DNA of 64,000 nt, taken from Lama glama (Eukaryota). Below, in pieces: positions 52,755 through 64,000 of this stretch (positions within the stretch are counted from its first letter, which is position 1; every line of letters begins with the position of its first letter). Position numbers and translations under genes: made by a program. Location: positions 12,774,001 through 12,838,000 of the forward strand of contig CM052817.1 of assembly GCA_028534125.1 (NCBI GenBank), given 5' to 3'. Below the pieces are notes generated by a model, which saw nothing but the letters and a program-made list of their open reading frames with translations, was not told where the DNA came from and ran no database searches.

Positions 52755-53254
52755 NNNNNNNNNNNNNNNNNNNNNNNNNNNNNNNNNNNNNNNNNNNNNN
52801 NNNNNNNNNNNNNNNNNNNNNNNNNNNNNNNNNNNNNNNNNNNNNNNNNNNNNNNNNNNNNNNNNNNNNNNNNNNNNNNNNNNNNNNNNNNNNNNNNNNN
52901 NNNNNNNNNNNNNNNNNNNNNNNNNNNNNNNNNNNNNNNNNNNNNNNNNNNNNNNNNNNNNNNNNNNNNNNNNNNNNNNNNNNNNNNNNNNNNNNNNNNN
53001 NNNNNNNNNNNNNNNNNNNNNNNNNNNNNNNNNNNNNNNNNNNNNNNNNNNNNNNNNNNNNNNNNNNNNNNNNNNNNNNNNNNNNNNNNNNNNNNNNNNN
53101 NNNNNNNNNNNNNNNNNNNNNNNNNNNNNNNNNNNNNNNNNNNNNNNNNNNNNNNNNNNNNNNNNNNNNNNNNNNNNNNNNNNNNNNNNNNNNNNNNNNN
53201 NNNNNNNNNNNNNNNNNNNNNNNNNNNNNNNNNNNNNNNNNNNNNNNNNNNNNN
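52755..53254. other. Assembly gap, exactly 500 N
   Basis: Seen directly. Confidence 1.
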
Positions 53255-53339
53255 TGTTTCATGCTCTTTTTTAAAAGCTGCTGTTCATTGAGCCCTTTCT
53301 AAGTTTTGGGAATTATAGTAGTTAACTATATAACTTAAC

Positions 53340-53699
53340 TGTCTTAATCAATTCAGGCTGTTTTAATAAAAAATACAACAGGCTGGGGGGCTTAAACAAC
53401 AAACGTTATTTCTCACAGTTCTGGGAGTGGGTGGTACCAGGGTAAGGGACTGGCAGATTTGATATCCGGTGAGAGCCTGCTTCCTGGTGCCTAGGTGGCC
53501 ATTTTCTCACTGTGTCTGTACGTGGTGGAAGGGGCAAGAGAGGGCTCTGGGGGCGCTTTTATAAAGGCACCAATTCCATGCATGAGTGGCCTACACACAT
53601 GACCTAATCACCTACCAAAGGCCCTAGTTCCTAAGACCATCACACTGAGGATTCCAATACATGAATTATACATAGGGACATAAACTTCAACCCATAACA
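53340..53699 (-). mobile_element. MaLR solo LTR (MLT1A-like) with perfect 5-bp TSD
   Basis: tgtcttaatc...ggcttaaacaacaaac..tatttctcacagttctgg...catgacctaatcacctaccaaaggccc...cccataaca. TSD ttaac at 53335-53339 and 53700-53704. Confidence 0.92.
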
Positions 53700-53711
53700 T
53701 TAACGTATGTT

Positions 53712-53835
53712 GATTCATTTAACTCATTCATCAATCCTGAGAGTTAGGTACTATTGTCTCTTTTTTAAAGATGAGCCAACTAAGATCAGAGAAGTTAAAT
53801 AACTTTCCCAAGGTCGCAAGGGCAGAAAGTGGTTC
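53712..53835 (-). mobile_element. MIR fragment
   Basis: tcatttaactc...aaagatgagccaactaagatcagagaagttaaataactttcccaaggtcgca. Confidence 0.8.
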
Positions 53836-54018
53836 CATTAAGGCTGAGCTTCGGTTGAGTTACTTCAAAGAACATGTTTGTTTGTTTCTCTCCCCCTCGT
53901 CCAAGTTTGTTTGCTGCTTCTGTGAACAGGAAGATTCTTTCCTAAAAGAGCTGGCAAGGTCTGATGCAGCTAAAACTGGTGCGAATGCCTGGAAACTTCC
54001 AAAGTGGGCTGCACTTAT

Positions 54019-54510
54019 TGTTACCAAGTCCAAACTCATTCTGCTTGATGCATGACAGGCCAATAAATAGGGAGATGAGACAAGGTTTGGGGGCAAGGAA
54101 TACAACTTTATTTGGAAAGCCAGCAGATCAAGAAGATGGGAGACTAATGTCCTAGAGAAACATCTTCCCCAAATCAGAATTTAGGCTCCTTTTATACTAA
54201 GAAGGAGAGGGGTTTTGGTTGTTTGTTGCAAGCTTCTTGGTGTTGGAATCCTTTGTTCTTCCAGCTGTCAAGTCATCGTGTCCCTGTAAACCTGTAAAAT
54301 GTTATTTTCTATTCTTCAACTTTTTATCTTTATATGAATGGGGAAGTGTTATACCCTTAAAGGCCAAACTATCCTGTCTATTTCAGGCTCCAGGCAACCG
54401 TCTTTTACAGAAGGTGCAGAACAGCATGACTAAGCCCAGGAAACAGGGCACAGGGTTAGAGCCAAAGGAACAGGTCTAAAATGGAGTCAGATTTGTTCCT
54501 CCCTACAACA
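54019..54510 (-). mobile_element. ERV1-class solo LTR (492 bp) with perfect 4-bp TSD
   Basis: TGTT...AACA termini. TSD ttat at 54015-54018 and 54511-54514. On the minus strand, TATAAAA (54190-54196) lies upstream of AATAAA (54107-54112). Confidence 0.9.
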
Positions 54511-55829
54511 TTATGATAAAATTCTAGTAGAAAAACAAAGTTGATGAGAGCAGAATAAGCAAAGGATGAAAGGAATTTTCTATTTCCTTTTTTAAAAAAC
54601 TAAAGAATTCGATCATTTGACACTCAGGAGATTTTCTTTTAAATGTCAACAATCCCTTGTGATAAACCTAAACTTAATCGATCATAACTTGGTGTGAATT
54701 CTGCATGCTCCACTCTCCCTTTGCTCCTACTCACTATAGTAGCACATGTTCTGCTCCTATAAAAATACTCTGCCTCAAGGCTCTTGTACTTTTTATTCCT
54801 TCTACCTAGCAGGCTTGTTCCTGGCTTATTTCAGGCTTAGCCCATCCTCCATCTTTAAATCCACCTTAATCAGAGTAGCTTTCCTTAAGGTATCTAAGGT
54901 ACTATCGAAGATAGCGTCTCCTCTCATTTATTTTCTCTCCTGTCACTCTGTTTATTTTACTTGTATTTATTGCACTTTGAAGTTCTTAAAAATAATTTAT
55001 TTTGTAGTTGCTTTGCTTTATTTTCGTCTTTGAATTTTTGCTTTTATTACATCTATTCTCTATTTTTCTAATAATCATATAATAACTTGGGAGTGATAAT
55101 TATCCTTCAGCCCCCACCCCGCCATTTTTACAGTCTTCTATTAAGGCACCTTAGCCAAGAGCCTTACATATAAGCCAGTTCAATTAGAATTCCACTTTCT
55201 ACAATGGAAACTCTTCATTAATTTTTTTTTATTTTTTTGTGTTTGGTTTTTATATAGTTCCTCTGAGTAGCCATTGTTCCTGTGCTAACTTTTTAGGTTT
55301 TTTGTTTGTTTGTTTAATTTTAGGTTACCTCTTACCCTTTTTAATCTAGTATTTCATTCTTTGGCATGAGTTAAACAGAATCAACATCTTTGTTATACTG
55401 CTCTGTTTCTGCAAAGCAAAATGTAAGCTTCATGAGGGTAGATACTTTGTTTTGTGCACTAAACATCTGGAATAGCATCTGAGAGGTAATGTGCACCTAA
55501 TTATATTTTTTGAATAATGAATGAATGAATTCAGTTTACTGGAGTAATTGGATTCAAGGGAGATGCAAGTTTCTAGCTTTCAATCCTTTGTAATGAGTTT
55601 GTTCCCACATCTTATATACTTGGTTTCTCCCCAAAAGGATCGTGAAGCCTTCCCTCTCTACTCCTGGCCCTCATTGTCACTTCCTGCAGAAGTCAGCCAA
55701 ACTTACTGTGAGAATCAACACCAGAACTAACCAGACTCAATATTCTAAGCTGTGCTGCTTTGCTTAAACACGCTCAGTTGCCCTCTTTGCAAAATGGAGA
55801 TAATGAAACTTACTATCTCATATTTAATG

Positions 55830-56170
55830 CTATAAGTTCACCAAGCCCTGTTCCATCTCCTTTTTTGGCATCCATCAAGGTTCCTTGTCAAGCTTTGACA
55901 GTGAGTCAGGGATAACATGACTCTAGGCAGAATTAGTGCATGCCACTTTCAAGCCTGATCCCTAAAAGTTTGGGTTTAGTCCTACACAAACACTTTCCCC
56001 TGTTCTATCAGCCATCTGCTTTCCAGTGGAGAATTCCAAACACTCAATGGCTGGTCAAGGGAAATGAATCTGGATAGCCACTGAATGACTATTTTCCCTT
56101 GATGTGAGCATGCAGTAAAACTTTAATTAAGCCACTAAGATTTTGCCTTTTTTAAAATTATGGCATATAA
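55830..56170 (+). mobile_element. Old MaLR LTR (MLT1I-like) within a MIR
   Basis: gatgtgagcatgcagtaaaacttt...ttaagccactaagattt...atggcatataaccta. MIR halves flank it (gcaaaatggagataatg / tcaataaatgttatt). Confidence 0.5.
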
Positions 56171-56289
56171 CCTAAACTAAGTTGACCTATAATTACAAGA
56201 GTTCTTATGAGAATTACTTAGGATAAAATTCAGTACCAAGCCTGTCTCATAAGGAAAATTCAATAAATGTTATTCACTTCTTTCCCTCT

Positions 56290-58440
56290 GTTCATTGGAC
56301 CCTGTCCACTTGAAAAATCTATACATCTTTACCAATCCAGTTTTATACCTTTTTATCACTGACATGAAAACTTTCCTCTTTCTTTATTGGATTATAACTA
56401 CTATGTATTTTTTTATTTCAATCTTTGGAACTTGCTCCATTAATTAATTTACCTGATTTCTTTTGAAACTTTTCTTCTCCAGTGGTTCTTCTCTGCCTAT
56501 GAATACACTATCATTTCATGCATTCATAGAGAAATCACTTCATCTCTGCTATGCCATTAATCTACAGTCATTTTCCCTATATTTTGCAGGAAAAAATTAC
56601 TGAAAAAGTAATTTATATTCCCTGTCTCTATTTTTCCACTACTTTTTTACTTCTCAAAGTTTTGTGTTTGATTCTTCCTCTCCTTCATTCTACTTGAAAT
56701 GTTTTCTCAGAGGCCTCTCATTTCTTTCTTCTTTTCTTCCTTTCTTCCTTTCTCTCTTTCTCTCTTTCTTTCTTTCTCTCTTAATTGAAGTACAGTTGAT
56801 TTAGGTCACATGTTTTAAATGGCCAAATTAAATTAGCAGTTTTCCTTGACTTCTCTTCATCATTGAAAACTGTTGACTCAAATCTTCTTGTTTGGCTAGA
56901 ATTCTAGTAGCTAGCTTTGGTCTTTTTCATCATGTTTCCTGGCATCTTGCCCCTCAGACGTCTATGGAAATTCAGCCACATATAGAGTTTTCACAGTTCA
57001 CAGCAATGCCTCTCAGTTGTATACCTCTAGTCTTAATCTGTCTTTTGGTATCCATCTGGATCTTCCTAATGGTCCAGTAGACATAATCATCCATGAAAAT
57101 CTATTTATTTTAAGACAAACCATTTTCTCCTCTTAAACTATTCTGATCATGTCTAAAACTCAGCTCCTTATTACAACTTTAGTTATATTTTCCTTTTAAA
57201 TGTGCTAAGTGGCATTTTTTTCCCCAAACCATCCAAGTTTGAAACTATAAACCATCAGTTTTTTATTATTCATTCTCATTCATCACATTCAATTAATTGA
57301 ATTATTTCCTCTTCAAAATATCTTGGATAAGTCTTTTTTCTTTTCATCTTCTTGGCTCATGAATGGCACCACCAACTCAATTGCTCAAACCAGAAAAGAA
57401 TGTCCCATCCTTAATTATTCCCACTCCTTCTTCCCCGAATTACAGCAGTTCACCAATTTCTTCAGATTTCAATTATGAAACACTGTTTGTTTTCTTCTTC
57501 AGTTGTCCTTCCTCACTGCCAGTATCCTGGATTAGCCTCCCAAAATCTGTCATGGGTATCACTCTGAAAGATTTTATTTGGTTTTTCTACCATAGTCTTC
57601 TTTTACCCCATTCAAATTCCTGAAATCCACTATTCACAGACTAACCAGAGTGGCATTTCTAAAGTCAGATCTAATCATCTCCTACTGTCTTTCAAAGATG
57701 CCTCATTGTATTCAGTATGAAGTGCAGAGTTCTGAAGAAAGCTTGTGCTGTTCCATGTCTGGAGCCCCACTAAGTATCCAGCTTCATTTTTGTCTTCAAT
57801 CACATTGATCTTTCAAGACACAATATTTATTTATTAGTAGTATTTTAAAATATTCTATAGTATCTTCTGTCTCCAGCTCTATGAGTATGCCATTCACTAT
57901 AGGTAAAACATTTACCGCTCCCAGTCATTTATCTGGATAACTGCAACTCACTCTGTTTTGTACTTAAACAAAGCATTGTCAGATAATTTGTTGTTCAAGC
58001 TGGGATTTTTTTTTTTTGAGAGTAGAAAGAGATAATAATAATAATTCTGCCAGGAAACAGATATACATAGGATCTATTCTGTGAAACCAAGATACAGGAT
58101 AACCCAAATTAGGCACTGCTTCTTGGAAAAATGTTCTGAGTGTCAAATATAAAACATAATATTTTATTATATTATATTTTTATATTATTTATAATTATAA
58201 AATTAACTTGGAGTTGACAATTAGAACATAAATACAATTTTTAAAATTATATTTACATAATTTAAATGTCCTACAATATCACTTACACTCTCATGATTTT
58301 CTTCATATTTATTTTATCTCCTTTAGACTCCATGTTCATTAAGGACAGGGTCTGTGCCTGTCATAATCGTGCATATGCCCTAGCATAGCATCATCCCTGT
58401 CCACAGCACATAGACTACATTCAACCATTGTGCATTGAGC
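56290..58440 (+). mobile_element. Extended degraded L2 relic(s)
   Basis: Pyrimidine-rich with L2 motifs: aatggcaccaccaactcaattgctcaaaccagaaa, accagagtggcatttctaaa, tagactccatgttcattaaggacagggtctgtgcctg. Confidence 0.55.
56720..56803 (-). repeat. (CTTT/CT)n microsatellite attached to a ~23-bp L1 3' terminus
   Basis: CT-rich tract followed by ttaattgaagtacagttgattta, the same terminus seen at 14230 and 21022. Confidence 0.7.
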
Positions 58441-59269
58441 AACTGAGTTGTTACCAGCTTGACTGAGATGAAATCATGTCATCTCTCTTTTACTATGTAA
58501 ACCACAGTTGTCACAGCTCTTGTAATTGTGTGCTCCATATTCAGATGCTTCGTGAAAAAGCATGACTATAATGACAAATATCCCCTACTAAAGTTATCCA
58601 ACTTTCTCTATTGCCTCACAAACTAGGGACATGTTTTCTAAAATAGCATTTGAGGCCTTCTACAAGTGTCCAAGTTTGTCATTACTCAGAACACCCCTCT
58701 ATTTACTATGTGTTCCCAACAAAATGCACTTTATTCAGTTCTCTTAAAAAAGCTTCCATACCCCTGCAACGGCATGGATTTCCCAATATCCATTTTTACT
58801 TTTTGCATGCCTCTCAAATTCATGCCTGTCTACAATCTAACCTCATTAAAACCTAATCTTAGACAATATTACCTCTTAGAATATTTTCTAATTAATTTAG
58901 GAAGGTAATAAATTGAATTCTTTTGAACCACTATAAATCATTGTTTTCCTTGACTGGATTAGCGGATGGCAGTCACAGTTTGGAATCACAAGGTTGAGAC
59001 TCCATTTTCAAGTCTTTTAGTGTAATAATATTTGCAGTCGAGAGCTATTCCCGGGCAACCTTCAGCAGTAAAATCATGGTAATAACAATAGTTACCTTGG
59101 TATGAGTTCTGTAAAGATCATATTACCAAGTGAAAGCATTTGTATTGGAATAAAAGACTCTTCAATGCAAGTCAGTGTTTTCCTCGGTTGCTGAACTGAG
59201 CTGGAGAACACTTACAGAATCATAGGTTTCCATAACCTTGCTTAGTTATGCATTGAGTGGCTTATGAAT

Positions 59270-60072
59270 AATGGTGGTTTCTAGAACAAGATCGCATAGA
59301 TTTATTTTCTCCTGCTCTCCCCTCCTAAATATAAATACACTGGAAATTATAACTGAAAATATTAAAGGGATCTGAAACCCAGAAAGAAAGAGGCAAATTG
59401 GCTAAAGACCACAAAACTTGAGGAACAATAAAGCAATATACTTGGGTTTTCATTTTATATCCCATAAACCACTGGACTAGGTTCTAGAGAGACTTGCAGC
59501 CCATGCAGCCCATTGCTACCAACAGGCCCAGTAGAAAACATACAAGAAAAGCCTACTCTCTCCAGCCAAAAATAATAATAATAATAAATAATAATCAGGG
59601 AAAGGGAAGTCTAACCTAGTGAGGAGCCCTGGCCACCCCTCCTCAGCCCAGGCCAGCCGGAAGTCTGACCCCTTCCAGGAGCTAAGCCCTAGGCTGACAA
59701 GTCCCAGTTTCACGGCCTGGATGTCAGAGAAGTTTGTCCGCCAGCAGCAGTAGCAGCAGTAGCAGCAGTAAAAGCCGAGGACTCCCTGCCCGCCGAGTGG
59801 CACAGGGAGAACCAGGACCAGCCACTCCTGCTACTCTCCCCCCGGACAGGCCCTCAGCAACAGCCGACAACCCAAGAAAGTGCCTTCCACCCCCATCAGC
59901 AGCAGCAGAGCAGATTATCCAGAAGCCCCAGCAGCACCAGAAGAATAAAACAAGAATAGCTTTGTGAGTGCTCAGAAAGTTGAAGTATCCTTAAAACAAT
60001 AGTCCACAGAAGTTCACCAGAACCTGTATGCTCAACTTAAACAGAATGACTGCCAGCTAAAATAGAAGATTC
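59270..60072 (+). mobile_element. Old LINE-1 5' UTR fragment (L1MC/MD-type 5' end)
   Basis: aagatcgcatagatttattttctcctgctctcccctcctaa...ctggaaattata...gaggaacaa...tgggttttc and aacctgtatgctcaacttaaacagaatgactgccagctaaaatagaagatt resemble recalled L1M 5'-end consensus. Contains (AAT)n and (AGCAGCAGT)3. Confidence 0.6.
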
Positions 60073-60074
60073 TT

Positions 60075-60638
60075 GTCTCATCTCCTCCCCTTCAGTGTGG
60101 GTTGGTACCTAGTTACATGTTTCTAAAGAATAGAACACAGCAAAGGTGATAGAATGGACTTCATTCTAAAGAGTAGGAAGCAGCAAAGGTGATGGGATGT
60201 CACTGCCATGGTTAGGCTACGTAAGTTGTAACTCCTGTCTTGCTATTAGCCCCAATACCACCACCACCACCACACAAGCCCTGTCTTAGTTGAATCAGTT
60301 TGCCATATTGGAGAAGCCAACAAGGCAAGAAATTGATCATGGTCTCTGGTAAACAACTAATAAAAAACTAAGGCCTAAAACCCAACAACAAACAATGAAC
60401 TGGATTCTGCAAAACATGTAAGTAAGCATAGCTGTTGGTCCTTCCTCAGTTGTGCCTTCAGATAAGACCCCAGCCCTGTCTGACAACTTGATTACAGCCT
60501 TGAAAAAGATCAAGAATCAGAGAAGCCAGTTAGCTGTTAGCAGACTCATGACCAACAGAAACCATGAGATAATAAATGTATGTTGTTTAAGTTGCTAAAT
60601 TTGGGTAATTTGTGACACAGCGATAGATAACTGATACA
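60075..60638 (+). mobile_element. MaLR LTR (MLT1E/F-like)
   Basis: cagcaaaggtgatgggatgtcac...gccttcagataagaccccagccctgtctgacaacttgattacagcc...tgagataataaatgtatgttgtttaag...gatagataactgataca. Confidence 0.85.
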
Positions 60639-61309
60639 TGCCCTTTACATTCTTGACTATCATTATGCGGGAAACATCTCTGAAATTATGTGTGGACAAA
60701 GAATTCTTTAAAAATTGGGGCAAAGCTATTTAAAAGACAAATCCCAAAAAGCTGATTTATTTTCATCCACCCCCGTCACCTGGTCTACATATCAAGTAAA
60801 AGAAACCACAGCAATGCTTACTGTAATAAAAGACATCACTCCTTTGTAATGCTGGCCATTACTTGTACTTAAAATAAATGTTTGTGGTTTAAATGGTTAA
60901 CTAGCTGTATCATAAAGGCTTTCAGTATTTTATGTTTCCTTCAAAGACCATTTGTAGTATTGATTAAACCCACAAGCATCTGGGAAGGTGTTTTGCCTCA
61001 ATAGCTCATGCAGGCGCTTCTGTGCAGTGGCAGGGCAAAACTGAAAGAGGAGCGGCATAGAAAACACAACAGCTTTGCAAGCGGCTCCTGCATTTAACCT
61101 GAAAACTGGGAAATGCATGCATTTCCCATCTCCGTCAGAAATTTTCCCTATGTTGGTAAAAATCTGATGCACATTAAATTCAAGTTTTAGAATTTTGCCT
61201 AACTCACCCATATCTCACTGACATTTTCTTTTCAAATGCAAAAAAAAAATCTCCCTGTCTTCTGAATTTGGTGTTCTCTCTACTTGAAGTTGATATTGGG
61301 AGATAGTGG

Positions 61310-61710
61310 AAGAATTTGTAGACAAGGCTAGAAACCGATACCAAAGTTGTACTGTCCTAACATAACAAAATCAATTCCCTGTTTACGTCACATCTAATGC
61401 AGATGTCCCTAGATGGTGGAACGGCTTCCATGTGGTTTTACAGAGATCCAGACGCTGTGTATCTTGCAGCTCTGCCATTCTCTAGAGCCTCAGAGGCCTC
61501 GACTTGATCCTTTGCACCCAATTACTAGTCAGAGGAAAAGCAAGAAGCTCTCAGGAGAAGAATTTTTATGGACCATTTCTGGAAATGGTCCATAGACTCC
61601 AATAAACAAAAGCCAGCTCAATGGCCCCACTAATCCAACAGCAAGGGAGGCTGGAAAATATTGTTTACTTTCACGTCCAGGAAGGAAAAAAATGAATATT
61701 GGTAAATACT
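61310..61710 (-). mobile_element. Old MaLR LTR (MLT1J-like)
   Basis: tatcttgcagctctgccattctctagagcctc...atggccccactaa...gcaagggaggctggaaaatattgt...tccaggaagga. Confidence 0.6.
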
Positions 61711-63419
61711 AAGAAATCTAAGCAATAAAAATATAGCAGCATTAAGTATCAGTATGATTAGACTGAATGCTGTAAAAATATAGTACATAATTTATGCAGC
61801 TTAATTCCAATGTTGATCAGTATTTAAAAAAGGAGGAAATATTTTTGAGAATTATATAACATCTAAATTATGTAAAATAATGTAACAGTGCAACATGTGA
61901 ATTGCAAACACAATTTTTTATCACAAGGAAAAATTCCTTGGGATAGTAGTCATTTTTAATCTATTTCTTAATTATCTCTGAAAAAGTTACTTTTCTTTCC
62001 TCAACTCTGTGTTTCTCTCTTTCCAATAACTTGTTTTCCTTTCCCATATTATTAAAGGAAGCTCTCATTTTGTATCATACTAAGCTGTAAATGAAGTAAT
62101 TCATTTTGTAGAAAGGCCCATGTGGATATACTTCCAAGACTGGGTCAGGTTTTCAAAAGAGTTTTATTTTAGCTAAGCAATTCCTGCACTTCTCAGCCAG
62201 ACGAGAAACAGAGGTTGAATATGCTGCCTCTTGGGCAACAGAGCCATTAGGTGGTATCTCAGAGTGCAGGAGCTACCAGAAATGAAGTAAGTGACAGGAA
62301 GATGGAAGGAAATGGAAAACAAACCAAAAAAACAAACAAAAAAAAATCAGAAATTGTTCCCCACTTCAGTTAATAGTATTTAGTTCACAGTGGACCGAGC
62401 ATCTGAAGGGAAGTTTGTATGTGTTACTATCCCAGTAAAAATCACACATTATTATGCTGCAGCCTAATCCAGGTGATCGTTTGGACATGACCTTGACAAA
62501 TCTCTCAGGCTACGATGTGTCAGAAAGTACTCCTGTATCTGTAATATTTTATACTGTTCTCTGGGGTTGTTTTTTTTTTTTTCTGGGAAAGAGGTCATGC
62601 TGGGCCTACAGTTCCAAGCAACCTGAGTAACCCTGAAACTGCAATTGGCATCGTCTGCCCACAAAATACTATTAAAAATAGGTGTTTGGGGGAAAATTGT
62701 AGTTTATTCTATTCCATTATCACATACGGAACCTGAAGGTTTATTTCTGTATTTCTTTCTGCAGCTGTTTTAAAGGCTTCTGAAATATTTAATATTTCTA
62801 AAATAAACTTGATTGCTAAATTACAGAAGTATCATAAAAGACTAGAAATAAGTTGATTTACAAAACGTGAAATCCACAGTGAGGCATATAGACTTGTTCT
62901 CTTTTCTCCCCTACCTTGACCCCACTGATACTTCTCTGTGGAATTTTATGAACCTAAGTGGGATAAAATAGGTGTTTTCTGTTTTTTAAAGTTACTTTTA
63001 GAACAGAAGCTTTAGTATAAAATGTACATGTATACATAAATGCACATATATATATGAAATATGAATAAAATATCCAGTTGACATGCTAACTACTTGTTTC
63101 AAAGTCAATATTTACTCTTCGAGTGAATGCTACACAAACCCTACCATAACTATACTTTCGTGGTGTGTGTATGTTTATACGTGTATATTTTGCTATATAC
63201 ACATGAATCTCTCAAACATCATCAGACAATTCATGGGTTTGAACAGTGAGCTTTTCCTACCAAGAGAGTAGGTGTTATAAGAAGCAATTTTTTCCTCTGT
63301 TGCAGAGAGACTAACAAAAGATGCTTAATAAGAGATTTATCAGAAAACATATTCGTCTAAACTTATTTGGTTCCTGAAATAGTAGATTTTAGGGGAAGTC
63401 GTTATATGTCAAATAATAC

Positions 63420-63870
63420 ATACTTTCTGTTTTAAGTAACAGAAATCCTATTTAAAGTGGCCAAAATGATGCTTTCCCGCATAACAGGACATTCATAATG
63501 AGGTAATTAGCAAGATTGATTCAGCAGTCCAACAACATTAGAGATTTTGAATCAACCCTCAGTTATATTTTGGCTTTCCCTCATGGCTGCGACATGGCTA
63601 CCCTAGTTCTGAATACCATATCCTCATCTGATAACACCAAAAATGTAAAGGGAAACCAGAAATGGTCATATTTTATTAGAAAGGAAAAACTTTCCCAGAA
63701 GCTTTCTCATAGAGTTCTCATTTCTTAAGATACTACTGGCCTCCATTGGGTTGTGTGCCTACAGCTTTCCTAGGGAAAGTGACTTCCTGGCGTTTGTGAT
63801 TTCCGTCATAAACAAGCTATGCTATCAGGGAGAAGGGGGACGGGGATGGCTGTCACCTAGGTAGCCAGCA
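63420..63870 (-). mobile_element. Old MaLR LTR (MLT1K/L-like)
   Basis: aagtaacagaaatcc...cctcatggctgcgacatggcta...ggaaaaactttcccagaagc. Confidence 0.55.
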
Positions 63871-64000
63871 CTGTGTGTGGATATGAATATACTCTGTCAG
63901 GGTGGACAAGATTATCCTCGAGTGTCTAACAACCCAGTCGGCTCATGCATGATTTTCATTTCAGTTAGGCTCTTGGTAGCGATCCTGGTGGGTTAATCTT

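Noticed and set aside
52715..53302. Three long ORFs of 175-195 aa
   Set aside because: Artefacts of translating the second 500-N gap.
59734..59967. Poly-Ser, Pro-rich 77-aa ORF
   Set aside because: Starts at TTG, derives from a CAG-type microsatellite in an L1 5' UTR-like segment, and has no homology I recognise.
60930..61211. 93-aa minus-strand ORF with an internal ttttcag acceptor
   Set aside because: No recognisable homology, no partner exons, and opposite to the inferred host strand.
1..64000. CRISPR array, operon, prophage or other novel multi-gene system
   Set aside because: No regularly spaced repeats and no gene-dense segment. The content is explained by ordinary mammalian repeats and non-coding DNA.

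Overview
Mammalian non-coding genomic DNA, AT-rich and dominated by transposable-element relics, with two fixed-length 500-N scaffold gaps (30888-31387 and 52755-53254). Two tRNA-Ala-derived SINEs of the camelid vic-1 type, the young L1 3' ends, and no recognisable Alu, B1, Bov-tA/BovB or PRE-1 SINEs point to a camelid (alpaca/llama/camel). I found no host protein-coding gene that I can recognise, no rRNA, no genuine tRNA gene and no CRISPR array. The only recognisable protein sequences are two dead LINE-1 ORF2 fragments (15363-15572 and 48059-48695), and each lies inside a 5'-inverted (twin-primed) L1 insertion. The rest is MIR, L2, old L1M, MaLR/ERV LTRs, hAT DNA transposons and microsatellites, plus a few repeat-poor stretches that may be regulatory. 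L1 fragments are strongly biased to the minus strand, which is compatible with an intron of a plus-strand gene. I cannot support a novel biological system. The items most worth a second look are the two inverted L1s, a dispersed ~125-bp duplication at 44.1/44.9 kb, two CpG-retaining patches, a candidate 90-nt exon and a perfect 22-bp palindrome. Repeat family names come from my recollection of consensus sequences, boundaries of old elements are approximate, and all should be confirmed with RepeatMasker/Dfam.
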